Below, in pieces: positions 23,688 to 33,000 of a DNA stretch of 33,000 bases. The stretch lies in IMG/VR virus record IMGVR_UViG_3300048579_000301, positions 1-33,000 of that record; one strand, given 5' to 3'. This DNA is from a virus. Taxonomy: Duplodnaviria; Caudoviricetes. Position 1 is the first letter of the stretch; each line of letters starts with the position of its first letter. Position numbers and translations under genes: made by a program. The notes under the pieces were generated by a model. The model ran no database searches. It was not told the DNA's origin and saw nothing but the letters and a program-made list of their open reading frames with translations.

Positions 23688-26600
23688 ATGCCCGATAACA
23701 AGCTCGAACTCGTCGTCGAGGTGGACGTCAACAAGGCGAACGCTTCGATCAAGACCGTCAACGCCGGTCTATCCAGCATCGAGCAGTCGGCGTCGAAGGC
23801 GGCGCGCGGAGCCTCCTCCGGAATCGACGGGCTGACGGCCAGCATGGTGAGGGGCGCGACCGCCGGTTCGCTGCTGGCGGATTCGATCAGGCACGCCCTC
23901 GAGTGGGTGAAGGAGTGGACCATCGAAGCGGCGCGGCACGCTGCTAACACCGAACGAATGGAGGTGGTCACCAAGGCGCTGGCGGCGCGGCACGGCGAGA
24001 GCGCCGAGGCGGCGATGAAGGTCGTTGAGGCGGTCAAGCGAATCGGCTTCACGATGGCCGACGCCGAGGGCGCCGTCCAGAAGATGATCATCGCGGACCT
24101 GAGCCTGGACAAGGCCGAGGGTCTGGCCCGTGTCGCCAAAGACGCAGCCGCCGTAAGCACAAGCGGACTCAAGGCGAGCGAGGCGATGGAGCAGATCGTC
24201 ACCGCCATCGAGTCCGGGCGTGGGCGGGGCCTCCGGGAACTCCGAATCTTCGTCGATCTCAACAAGGAGACGGAGCGCGCACAGAAACTGGCGGAATTGC
24301 AGGGCCGCACTCTCACCGAGAACGAAATCATTGAGGTGCGCCATGCCGCGATCATGCGCGAGGCGACCAAGCTCCAGGGTGCCGCGGCGTCGCAGACGGA
24401 CAGCCTGCAGGCGCAGACGCAGGCACTCAGCCGGGAAGTTGATGCACTCCGCGAGGCGGTCGGCTCGCAATTCCAGGGGCTGCTCAAAGAGTGGGTGGTC
24501 CATCTGCGCGAGCTGGTCGGATTCCTGAAGGACAACTCATCGCTGGTGGTGAAGTTCGCCGAGGGCGTCCTGGTGCTGGCCGGCGCGCTGGGCACGGTCA
24601 CCGTCGCCATGAAGGCATTCAAGTTGGGCGCGGCCGGGCTGGAGGCGACGCTGGGCGGCCTGACAATGCTGCGGAACGTGTCTTTTGCGTTCAGCAACGG
24701 ACTCACCGGCGCGCTCGTGGGCACGGAAGTGGTGCTGGCAAACATCGCCAGGCTGTTGCCTCCGGTGGCGGCGGGGTTGGCCGTGTGGTGGGGCGGCAAC
24801 AAGCTCCTCGAACACGCGCAGGGCAACAAGCAACTGGATACGACCGCCGAGGCCATCAAGAAGATCAACGCGCGCCTGCGGGAAACGCCGGAGTGGTGGA
24901 TCCAGCACGGCATGACGCCGCCGAAATCGCGTATCGACACGATCGTCGACTACATCAAGACCCTCGATTCCAAGAAGCCCACTACCAAGCGGGAGCCCAC
25001 CGACGCTGAACTCGACCGCATGCTGGCGGATCGCAAGACGCGTCTGGATGCCGAGCGGGCGAGCCAGGACTACTACCTGCGCGCGGTAGAAGAGCGTAAG
25101 AGCGCCGAGCACGACATGGCGCGCTCCCGCATTGAGGACTCGATGAAGATCATCGAGGCCACGCAGTCCGAAACAGAAGCCGCGCGGGAGTCGCTGGATG
25201 TCGTCCTGTTGTCGATGCAGGAACGAAAGGCCGGACGGGAGAAGATCCTCCAGGAGGAAGCGAGAGAGCTCGCCCGGCTTTCGACGCGCGTCGATGAGAA
25301 GACGGGCGTGATCCAGCACGTCACGCTCAACCAGTCCACGTTGGAGACGCTGCACAAGAGCACCGCCGAGAAGCTGGCCGCTTTCGACATGCGTTTCAAC
25401 GAGGAGGAAGACCGGCGCATCCAGGCCATGCTCAAGGCGTCGGCCGCCCGCTCCCAGAAGCTGTTCGAGCAGTTGTACGTAGAGCCGATGAAGCAGCAGT
25501 TGTACGTTTGGGAGCAGAAACAGGATTGGCAGGAGAAGATCGACGACCAGACTCGCGCGGCCCGCATCGCGGCGGTAGACCAGCGCAAAGACCTGGAACT
25601 CGCCCGACTCGACGCGGTCGACGCGGTCACCATCCAGGACAAGATCCGCCTCGAACAGACCAAGACGGCAATCGAGGTTCAGGCCCTGCAGGAACGCGCC
25701 AGGATCGAGATGGAGCAAATCGATGCGCGAACCGAACGCCAGGTGGCGGAGGCCCGCAAGGCCGCGATGGCGCAAGGGATCTTCTACGAGCCGTACCTGC
25801 AGGAGATCGAAAGCAAGATCCGGGACCTCGGGAGCCGAGAGAAGGACGCGCTACAGAAGGCCGCGACGTCCGATGTCGCAGTGGCGCAGGCGAAAGGCGC
25901 GGCGGCGACGCGCAAGATCGTCGTCGATGAGTACCGCAGCATCTTCCAGACGCTGAAGCAGGAAGCGGGAGGTGTTTTCGATGCCCTGGTCACCAAGTCG
26001 CAGTCGGTCTGGGCCGCTATCGGGAACTCGCTGAAGACCGCGCTTCTCACTGCGATCAAGGATGTGGTGACGTCCCGGATCGCGATGGCACTGATGAACC
26101 TCTTCGTTCCGGGATCGGGCGTCCAGATGCAGCAGAGCGGAACGCCGAGGGCTGGGGGCGGCGGAATCCTGGGCAAATTGGGTGGCATATTCGGCGTCGG
26201 CGCGGTGCCGGTGTTTGGTGGCAGCGGCGCGCAGGGTGGCACACCGCCCTTCGTGCCATCGACGTCCGGCGGCAACTCTGGGATGGGAGCGGCGACCGCA
26301 ACTGGCGGTATCTTTTCGAAGGCCGGACTGGCGGGATTCTTTCCTGGCCTGAAGTCGTTCCTGGGCTTCGGCGACAACAAATGGGTAGATCTCGGCGGCG
26401 GCCGCATGGCCACGGGCGGCTGGATTGGCCAGTACGGCTCGCTTGGTGACAAGCTGAAGGCGCTCGGGAAGTCGGACGCGGCGGCGATGGCCGGCGGGCT
26501 GCTGGCGTTGGACGGTTTGCGCCGCGGCGGCTACGCGGGCCTGGCGGAAACGACCGCCGGTGGCGCGATGATCGGCTACAAGTTCGGTGGTCCTTTGGGC

Positions 26601-27179
26601 GCGGCGATTGGTGCCGTGGCAGGGGCCGTTGCCGGCATTGTGCGGCTGTTCGTCAAGGGCGCTGTCGACAAGGCGAAAGAGAAGATCAAGGCTCTGTACG
26701 GAGTAGACATCTCCGACAAGGGCGTGCTGCAGCAGATCGTCGACACGGCGAAGTCGGCGTTTGGCGGCAACCTCGACCTGGCCATCCGCTCTCCGCAGAT
26801 CCGCGACCTGATCCAGTTGTACGCGATGTCCACCGGCCAGAAACCCACGGGGATGCCGGGCACGGTGACGCCGGTGTCGCTGGTGGAAACGGGTGGCTCG
26901 CTTTTCCAGGCTCCAAGCTACAGCAATGGAACTCCGCTGCCTGGACTGTCGGGACTTCCCGGCCTCGACCAGATCGGCGCAGGAACAGCTTCCGGCGGTG
27001 GTCTCGTGATCCAGTTGGATGGCCCCGCGACAACGGCCCTGCTACGCGGTGAGGCGGTGCAGGCGATCGCCGACAATCCGCGCGTCGTGCAGTCCGCGGC
27101 CATGGCGGCAACAAAGTCGAACGCCAGCCGCCGGGAGATGACCGCGCTCCAGTTGAGCCCCGGCACGATTACTGCGTGA
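23688..27179 (+). CDS. Tail tape measure protein
   Basis: 1163 aa, Ala-rich helical, hydrophobic segments, Gly-rich C-terminus, follows chaperones. Confidence 0.92.
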   Translation: MPDNKLELVVEVDVNKANASIKTVNAGLSSIEQSASKAARGASSGIDGLTASMVRGATAGSLLADSIRHALEWVKEWTIEAARHAANTERMEVVTKALAARHGESAEAAMKVVEAVKRIGFTMADAEGAVQKMIIADLSLDKAEGLARVAKDAAAVSTSGLKASEAMEQIVTAIESGRGRGLRELRIFVDLNKETERAQKLAELQGRTLTENEIIEVRHAAIMREATKLQGAAASQTDSLQAQTQALSREVDALREAVGSQFQGLLKEWVVHLRELVGFLKDNSSLVVKFAEGVLVLAGALGTVTVAMKAFKLGAAGLEATLGGLTMLRNVSFAFSNGLTGALVGTEVVLANIARLLPPVAAGLAVWWGGNKLLEHAQGNKQLDTTAEAIKKINARLRETPEWWIQHGMTPPKSRIDTIVDYIKTLDSKKPTTKREPTDAELDRMLADRKTRLDAERASQDYYLRAVEERKSAEHDMARSRIEDSMKIIEATQSETEAARESLDVVLLSMQERKAGREKILQEEARELARLSTRVDEKTGVIQHVTLNQSTLETLHKSTAEKLAAFDMRFNEEEDRRIQAMLKASAARSQKLFEQLYVEPMKQQLYVWEQKQDWQEKIDDQTRAARIAAVDQRKDLELARLDAVDAVTIQDKIRLEQTKTAIEVQALQERARIEMEQIDARTERQVAEARKAAMAQGIFYEPYLQEIESKIRDLGSREKDALQKAATSDVAVAQAKGAAATRKIVVDEYRSIFQTLKQEAGGVFDALVTKSQSVWAAIGNSLKTALLTAIKDVVTSRIAMALMNLFVPGSGVQMQQSGTPRAGGGGILGKLGGIFGVGAVPVFGGSGAQGGTPPFVPSTSGGNSGMGAATATGGIFSKAGLAGFFPGLKSFLGFGDNKWVDLGGGRMATGGWIGQYGSLGDKLKALGKSDAAAMAGGLLALDGLRRGGYAGLAETTAGGAMIGYKFGGPLGAAIGAVAGAVAGIVRLFVKGAVDKAKEKIKALYGVDISDKGVLQQIVDTAKSAFGGNLDLAIRSPQIRDLIQLYAMSTGQKPTGMPGTVTPVSLVETGGSLFQAPSYSNGTPLPGLSGLPGLDQIGAGTASGGGLVIQLDGPATTALLRGEAVQAIADNPRVVQSAAMAATKSNASRREMTALQLSPGTITA

Positions 27180-27492
27180 GACTCGACAAAGCGCGGCGAC
27201 AGGCGCTTTCAACTGATGACATGCAACCACCATCTTCCGCAAACCCAAGGACCGCGTCCCATATCCAAATGTCCACACTACGAGCGTTCGCCAAATCGCC
27301 GAGGCAGCTTGTCACACGGTGTTGGATTTCATTGTATGCGCGCAAGCGCGGAGGATCTGACACCGCGTCGGACTCAGGAACGTAGGTCTCGCGAGCGGCT
27401 ACCGTTAGTTCCAAGGCTAGTCGCGCGAGAAATCGAAGTTTTCCGTCGGGGGTAAGTTGTGAGACTGCCTCTTGCACGTCTGCGATGGGCAT
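27169..27492 (-). CDS. Moron: 107-aa helical hypothetical protein
   Basis: MPIADVQEAVSQL...LELTVAARETY...NEIQHRV fills the gap between tape measure and Dit-like gene; lower GC; TTGACG upstream on the minus strand. Confidence 0.7.
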   Translation of the reverse strand: MPIADVQEAVSQLTPDGKLRFLARLALELTVAARETYVPESDAVSDPPRLRAYNEIQHRVTSCLGDLANARSVDIWIWDAVLGFAEDGGCMSSVESACRRALSSLTQ

Positions 27493-27546
27493 TTTGTCCA
27501 CTGATCCGATACCGTCAACCTGTCTGATCCCGCCCTCGACGATAAC

Positions 27547-27948
27547 ATGCCCGGCAACATCCAGAATGCGGCGCCCTCGACAGTGCTGCCCCCATCGCTG
27601 TCCCGGTCGTTCGTCCATGAGCGCGCGTACCCGCTCATCGAGAACGAATACAAGAACGGCGAGTCGCAACGCTCCGTCCTGGCTGCCAACAGCCGCAAGC
27701 GGTGGCGCCTGTCGAAGCGACTGACGCCAGCGGCGCTGCAGACGCTCCGCAACTTCTACGATGCCCGTGGCGGCACTGCGGAACCGTTCTGTTTTTACGA
27801 CCCCTACGAGACGAACCCGAAGTTCTCGTATGACCCGGCCGGCCGAGCCACGACTGGCCGGTACACCGTCCGGTTCAACAGCGACTGGCAGCAGTCGTCC
27901 GGCCCAGGACGGTCAGACGTGCAGATCGAACTACTCGAATTGGCTTAG
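27547..27948 (+). CDS. Distal tail protein (gpM/DUF2460-like)
   Basis: 133 aa after tape measure; LRNFYDARGG...F.FYDP...VRF pattern. Confidence 0.75.
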   Translation: MPGNIQNAAPSTVLPPSLSRSFVHERAYPLIENEYKNGESQRSVLAANSRKRWRLSKRLTPAALQTLRNFYDARGGTAEPFCFYDPYETNPKFSYDPAGRATTGRYTVRFNSDWQQSSGPGRSDVQIELLELA

Positions 27949-27956
27949 GAGATCCC

Positions 27957-28277
27957 ATGTTGATGCTCAAACCTGGAGTGAGGATCACCGGCTTGCGTCC
28001 GGAGATCCTGTTTGCGATCGTCGCCGCCGAGCGAGCATATCAGAAAGCAGGCCACGACTGCGTCCTCACGGCCTGCGTGGATGGCCGGCACACCACCGGT
28101 TCCCTTCACTACGCGGGGCTGGCGGTGGATCTGCGCACTCGCGACGTGCCGGCCGCCGAACTGAAGGACCTTCTCGCGTGCATTCGCGATTCCCTCGGCC
28201 CGGATTACGACGTGATTCTGGAAGCCGATCACCTCCACATTGAATTCCAGCCGAAACTGTCCCTGACCAATGCCTGA
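27957..28277 (+). CDS. Zn peptidase M15-like (D-Ala-D-Ala/L-Ala-D-Glu type) peptidoglycan hydrolase
   Basis: AGGAG SD; SLHYAGLAVD (SxHxxGxAxD) and DHLHIE zinc-ligand motifs. Confidence 0.75.
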   Translation: MLMLKPGVRITGLRPEILFAIVAAERAYQKAGHDCVLTACVDGRHTTGSLHYAGLAVDLRTRDVPAAELKDLLACIRDSLGPDYDVILEADHLHIEFQPKLSLTNA

Positions 28278-31200
28278 CCAGATCGGCAACATCTTCGTCC
28301 CGGAGATCCCGGTTTCGGGCACGTTCCCCATCGTTCCGGATTACCAATATGGGAGATCCAGGCATCCGGAGGTCGCGATCCATCAATTTGGCTCGGGCAA
28401 CGCGAAGATTGAGCAGCGATTCGTCCTCGGTAACGGGGCGCGCCGTTTCACCGTTCGGCGCGCCTGGCTCCGAGATGCCGACCGCATTGCGCTCCGGAAC
28501 TTCTGGGAATCGAAATACGGGCCCTACGGCGCGTTCACATACAACGCGCCCAACGATGACGGCAATGGAACCACCGCCTACACCTGCCGCTTTGCGAATG
28601 AGCCGCTCTCCTGGGAGATGGTGGCTGACTGGGCTTGCTCGGTCGGCGTGACGCTCATCGAGATTCCGTCCCTTGCGCCAAGTTACTCGCTCAACTCGAC
28701 CGTGACCCGGTTCCCCTCGCAGGCACTCAAGGATGCGCTCCTCTCGCAGGTCCAGCAGGTCATCCCGCTCATCAAGATCGTCCCGCTCCAGAGTGGGTAT
28801 CCTGCGATCTGTCTTTCCGACCGCCGTTGCACCGTCGGCGGGCAACTCTACCAGGCGCGGCTGATCGACTTCGACGGTATCTCGCAAGGAATGGGGAATG
28901 AGTCGGATGACGCCACGTTCGTGTTCGGCAACGCGGATCGCGTCATGCGCGACCTTGCCAATGACGTCGACCTATACCGGGCGTCGATCTCGTTCTCGCT
29001 ATTCCACGTCGGCACGGGGATCAAACTCGACCTGTGGAAGGGCGACATCGTTAACTGGTCGCTCGATGCTGGCCCGGAGTTCAAGATCACGGCCTCCGAT
29101 GGGCTGTATGAGTTGAACCTGCCATACCCGACGCGGAAGATCTCCCGCACTTGCTGGAAACTGTTCAACTCCCAGGCGTGCCCTTATGCGCAGCACGGCG
29201 CGCTGGACTTGGTTCATTTTCCGGATGCCGCCGCCAACTCCTGCGATAAGAACTACGACACGTCAAACGGCTGTCTCGCGCACGGGATGAAGCGCTATTA
29301 CGGCGGTATCCTCGCGGAACCGCAAGGCGTCCGGATCAAGGACAACTCGACAGGTGTGTGGGGCTTCGGCCGGTCCACGCTCACCAGCACGTCCATCGTC
29401 GCCGACTCGATCTACGACCAGGTGCTGCCCGAGGTGTACACGGACACGGAGATGCCCGTCAACTGCAAGATCGCGGCGGGCCGGGACGAGAGTGACTTTT
29501 ACGAGGCTTTGGGGATCGTGGGTGAGGGACCGCTGGTCGCGTACACGCCGACGCACTACGAGGACAAGGACGGCGACGGCAACGCGGAGACTCTGGTGGG
29601 CCACACGCTCGATGGACAGGCGCACCATGGATATCCCAAAAACGACTATGGCCTGCGGTTGGCATCCGGCAACGATCCGGCCGGCGACACCGACTTCTTC
29701 TCGCTGGATCAATCGGGCAACCAGACCGCCGGCGATTGGCGAAAGGCGTACTCCGGCAACTCGACGTACAAGGACAACTTCGCGGCGGGCACGGCGTTCA
29801 TCGTGATTCGCAGGTCCGACTCCAAGGGCCTGCAACTGTCGAAGCCGGGAGACCACGCGATGATCGCCACGGTCCAGCAGGGGATGCGCGGGTGGGTATG
29901 GACGAGTCCCCGCGTGCGCGTCTACGGGCCGGCGCTCACTAACCCGGTCTGGATCGCGGTCAACATGCTGATGCGTGCGCGAGGTCTAAGGTTGGGTGCG
30001 AACGCCACCACACAGCAACTGGATGCGGCTGAGGCCCTGTTTGATGTGCAAGCGGCGATCGACGCCGCATTGATCTGCGACGACCACGTCACGAAGCTGG
30101 TTGGCACAGGCAGTGAGACGCAGTTTGTGTTTCGCGGTACCTTGCAGGAGGAAAAGCCCCTGCGGGACTGGATTCAGGAAGTCCTGATGAACTGCCTCGG
30201 CTACTACACGTTCGCCTTTGGCAAACTGCGCATCGGCATTCGCGAGAACAGCAGCGTGGTGGAGGCGTTCACTGATGGCAACATCCTCCTCGGCAGCCTG
30301 CAATTGGCCCCGCTGAAGCCAACGTTCAACCACCTCACCGCCAACTTCGCGGACCAGGACTTCGCATTTGTGACCAACAGCGTGTCGGTGTATGACGTCG
30401 ACCACGCCGCGCTGATCGGCGGCGCCGGTCCGATGTACCTGAAGTCGAGCGTCAACCTGTGTGGCACTTCCATCAAGAGCCAGGCCGCACGAATTGTGAG
30501 CACGCGGTTGCGCGAGGAGTTGGGCGGCACCAGTAAATCCGATTGGAAGGCAGCGCGGCAGATCGGCTTCAAGACCACGGTGCTCGCCCTCAACACCGAA
30601 CCAGGAATGGTCTGCTCGATGACCCACGAAGACATGCCAAACGGCGTGGGCGAGTTCCGGGTCGTCTCCTGGAGGCTCAATAAGGACTTCTCCATCGATG
30701 TGCAGGGCCGCACGACCACGGACTCAATGTACGACCTCGTGGCCGGCCCGAAACCCGCTGACGTCGAAGCGACACCGGTGCCAGAGGAGATCCTGTACGA
30801 CACAGGCGCACCCGGCCTCGTGAGCGGCACTCCGAAGCTCGCGGACTACGGCACTTTCGCCTTGGATGACATCCAGGTGGAACCCGATGCAGCGGGCAAC
30901 ATGAACATCGTCTCCGCGCACGAGCTCACGCTGTCCTTGTATTACGTGGATGAGTTGGCAACAGATCTCTGGGCGAGCGTCGATGTCGGGATCGACAAAG
31001 ACACCGACCCGCTCTCCGTGGCCTGCACGATCAACCCCGCCACTTCGCGCGTGTTCCGCGTCGGTGACTTCGTGATGTTCAACGACGAGCACCGAAACCC
31101 AGATGTTGGGTATCTTCGAGCTTACGAGTGCATGCAGATCGTCGGCCCGGGCAGCGTCGGCGATGTCGTGCAGACCGGGGAATTCCAGTTCGCGCGGAAG

Positions 31201-32130
31201 TGGGACGACGACCTGCGCCCCGGCATGGCTTGTTTCGAAACACTGAAGTGCACACACCCGCAGGGGATGCGCTTCTTTAAGATCGACTACAAGACGTTCA
31301 CGTACTCGGTTCAGAAAGGCTTTTTCCGAACGCCGGGCCTTCCCGCGCGTGTCGAGGCGAAGCTCCCCTCCGCCTGTATCGTCGCGGCGGTTGTCAGCGT
31401 GGCCAATCACTTCGGCTATGGCGAGATGCGAACGTTTGGGCTGTATCATCACAGCGAACCGTTCATGCCAGGCGCCCGGACCTGCAACGGCGGTGCGTAC
31501 ACGTTCCAGATTCCCGGCCCGCTTGCGGTCGCCGACACGGTGGTCATTCCGATGCGCGTGCATGATAGCGCTTCGGTCCGATGCATTTTCGCGTATGTGC
31601 AGACGCCGACCACAGACGGCCAGAGCGCCTTCCTGGTGAAGTACTCCAGGGACGACGGCGCCACGTGGCAACCGCTGGAATACATGGGCATCGGACAGAA
31701 GATCCCCGACGGCTGGAAAAACACCTATGACGCGCTCGTAGAGGATGAGGGATATGGGAGGCCCGCTACGCGCCGCCTGCCCTACAACAACTTCGGCGTG
31801 GTCTTTTGCCAAGCCGTGACCGCCGGCCCGGATCCGCAAACCGTGAACACGGCATCATACGGCGCGAATCGGCTTGGCTTCGACGTCGGCGAGTTCGTCC
31901 ACATCAACCTCGGCAAGGCCGACGAGGAGTACGTCCAGGTGCTGGCTGCCGACCCACCGAATCAGACGTTCACGGCAGTGTTCGCCAAGGACCATGCGAT
32001 GGGCGCCACAGTGAGCCCGACGATCTGGCCGACGGCGACCCTCAATGAGGGCGACAGCCTCGCATTCGATATTCTGGCGGTTGCCAGCCCGGATCCCGGC
32101 AGCGACCTCACCGTGGTCATCCAAACGTGA
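28270..32130 (+). CDS. Large tail-tip/hub and host-specificity protein (Dit-like + gpL-like + gpJ-like fusion)
   Basis: 1286 aa; N-terminus resembles the 27547 gene; RKISRTCW...CPY...CDK...GC cluster; NPVWIA..ML, A..ICD, LEPG-like (NTEPGMV) motifs of gpJ-type tail proteins. Confidence 0.85.
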   Translation: MPDQIGNIFVPEIPVSGTFPIVPDYQYGRSRHPEVAIHQFGSGNAKIEQRFVLGNGARRFTVRRAWLRDADRIALRNFWESKYGPYGAFTYNAPNDDGNGTTAYTCRFANEPLSWEMVADWACSVGVTLIEIPSLAPSYSLNSTVTRFPSQALKDALLSQVQQVIPLIKIVPLQSGYPAICLSDRRCTVGGQLYQARLIDFDGISQGMGNESDDATFVFGNADRVMRDLANDVDLYRASISFSLFHVGTGIKLDLWKGDIVNWSLDAGPEFKITASDGLYELNLPYPTRKISRTCWKLFNSQACPYAQHGALDLVHFPDAAANSCDKNYDTSNGCLAHGMKRYYGGILAEPQGVRIKDNSTGVWGFGRSTLTSTSIVADSIYDQVLPEVYTDTEMPVNCKIAAGRDESDFYEALGIVGEGPLVAYTPTHYEDKDGDGNAETLVGHTLDGQAHHGYPKNDYGLRLASGNDPAGDTDFFSLDQSGNQTAGDWRKAYSGNSTYKDNFAAGTAFIVIRRSDSKGLQLSKPGDHAMIATVQQGMRGWVWTSPRVRVYGPALTNPVWIAVNMLMRARGLRLGANATTQQLDAAEALFDVQAAIDAALICDDHVTKLVGTGSETQFVFRGTLQEEKPLRDWIQEVLMNCLGYYTFAFGKLRIGIRENSSVVEAFTDGNILLGSLQLAPLKPTFNHLTANFADQDFAFVTNSVSVYDVDHAALIGGAGPMYLKSSVNLCGTSIKSQAARIVSTRLREELGGTSKSDWKAARQIGFKTTVLALNTEPGMVCSMTHEDMPNGVGEFRVVSWRLNKDFSIDVQGRTTTDSMYDLVAGPKPADVEATPVPEEILYDTGAPGLVSGTPKLADYGTFALDDIQVEPDAAGNMNIVSAHELTLSLYYVDELATDLWASVDVGIDKDTDPLSVACTINPATSRVFRVGDFVMFNDEHRNPDVGYLRAYECMQIVGPGSVGDVVQTGEFQFARKWDDDLRPGMACFETLKCTHPQGMRFFKIDYKTFTYSVQKGFFRTPGLPARVEAKLPSACIVAAVVSVANHFGYGEMRTFGLYHHSEPFMPGARTCNGGAYTFQIPGPLAVADTVVIPMRVHDSASVRCIFAYVQTPTTDGQSAFLVKYSRDDGATWQPLEYMGIGQKIPDGWKNTYDALVEDEGYGRPATRRLPYNNFGVVFCQAVTAGPDPQTVNTASYGANRLGFDVGEFVHINLGKADEEYVQVLAADPPNQTFTAVFAKDHAMGATVSPTIWPTATLNEGDSLAFDILAVASPDPGSDLTVVIQT

Positions 32131-32297
32131 CGCGCTGGCGGCGTGATCACTTTATTGGAGGCTAACTTCCTGGTGCCGATGATCCGCTGGAAAGGCCGAC
32201 TCTCCGTCCAGGATGCACCCAGTGATGCATTTAATCTCTATTGATGGCGGGCAAGTCACGGTAGCTGCGTCGTCTTGCTAAGCACAACTGCATGACC

Positions 32298-32825
32298 TCA
32301 GAGGAAGACTTCTGGCCGTTTTTCCCGCACGGCCTCTGATACCTGGCGAATGACCTCCGCGCAACTACGCACGAACGCATCGTCAACTTCGATTAGGGTC
32401 GCCACTTCTGATACGTCGCCCTCAAAGAAAAAGGTCGCGCCAGGTTGCTTAACCCTGAACGGTAACCGGTCGGCCTTTTCGACCAAAGCATCATAACTGC
32501 GGCCTCGTCCATGCTTGAGCACATTGATAGCCAGTTGTAGATCGACAAACCTTTCTTTTAACGCGGTCCGACCAGCTTCATCCAGAATACTTTGAGCCTC
32601 GCGAAAGCCATCCCTGCACTCCAGGCCGTCCTGGAGCATCGCCTCAAAGATCGAAAACATGCCAACTGCCGAGATGGCTTTCTGTAGTTGGACCATCTGA
32701 AGCGCCTTCACCAAAGGCGTCGCCGCGCTCGTCTGCAATGCCTCGATGACTCTCTCATTTGCCTCCGTAAGAGCGTCCAAGGTGAATGCAGTGCAGTGAT
32801 CCACAAGCTCAACGAAACTGTGCAT
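32298..32825 (-). CDS. Accessory hypothetical protein, possibly HEPN-like
   Basis: GAGGTG SD 8 nt before ATG; helical; INVLKHG motif; clearly lower GC. Confidence 0.75.
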   Translation of the reverse strand: MHSFVELVDHCTAFTLDALTEANERVIEALQTSAATPLVKALQMVQLQKAISAVGMFSIFEAMLQDGLECRDGFREAQSILDEAGRTALKERFVDLQLAINVLKHGRGRSYDALVEKADRLPFRVKQPGATFFFEGDVSEVATLIEVDDAFVRSCAEVIRQVSEAVREKRPEVFL

Positions 32826-33000
32826 CGGTGTCGCACCTCAACATCAAATCTAGCAAGCTGACCTAAGAATGGAGTTCCGTGAAAGTCGGGCTGCACCGGT
32901 CACCCGTTTGTGCCAGGCGTCCCAGATGACTTCGCCGATGCTCTCGCCCGGCCGTTGTCATAGCCGCCGCAGAACCGTGAGGCTCCCGAGAGCGCTGCAG

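Larger units (their letters stand above)
1..32130 (+). mobile_element. Lambda-like siphovirus/prophage, replication-to-tail region (boundaries not in view)
   Basis: Complete head-tail gene order with intact coupled ORFs; no integrase or att site in the window. Confidence 0.95.

Noticed and set aside
28270-33000. Diversity-generating retroelement or invertible tail-fibre cassette
   Set aside because: No reverse transcriptase, invertase or VR/TR repeat pair seen by eye in this window; could lie outside it.
32826-33000. Possible gene fragment or att site at the window end
   Set aside because: Too short; no convincing ORF, tRNA end or repeat partner visible.

Overview
High-GC window carrying most of a lambda-like (GpA terminase, lambda-type portal, S49 protease) temperate siphovirus or prophage, almost all on the + strand. 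Order: 5'-truncated Toprim primase/P-loop fusion with a probable iteron origin in its 3' end; three small genes; a lambda-like cos site (~4317-4415); a 6.5-kb block between cos and terS with three DNA methyltransferases (C5, ParB-N4-type, ParB-N6-type), a holin-like gene and a reversed DUF3489 cassette; terS, terL, gpW, portal, protease with nested scaffold, decoration protein, capsid, head-tail connectors, tail tube, G/GT chaperones, tape measure, Dit-like gene, M15-type peptidase and a 1286-aa fused tail-tip protein. Four single antisense accessory genes (morons) interrupt or follow the structural operon. Most notable: the C5 methyltransferase appears to have several tandem target-recognition modules plus a nested out-of-frame ORF carrying a methyltransferase-like segment. 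No integrase, att site, tRNA, rRNA, CRISPR or reverse transcriptase was seen. All product calls come from motif recognition and gene order, not database searches.
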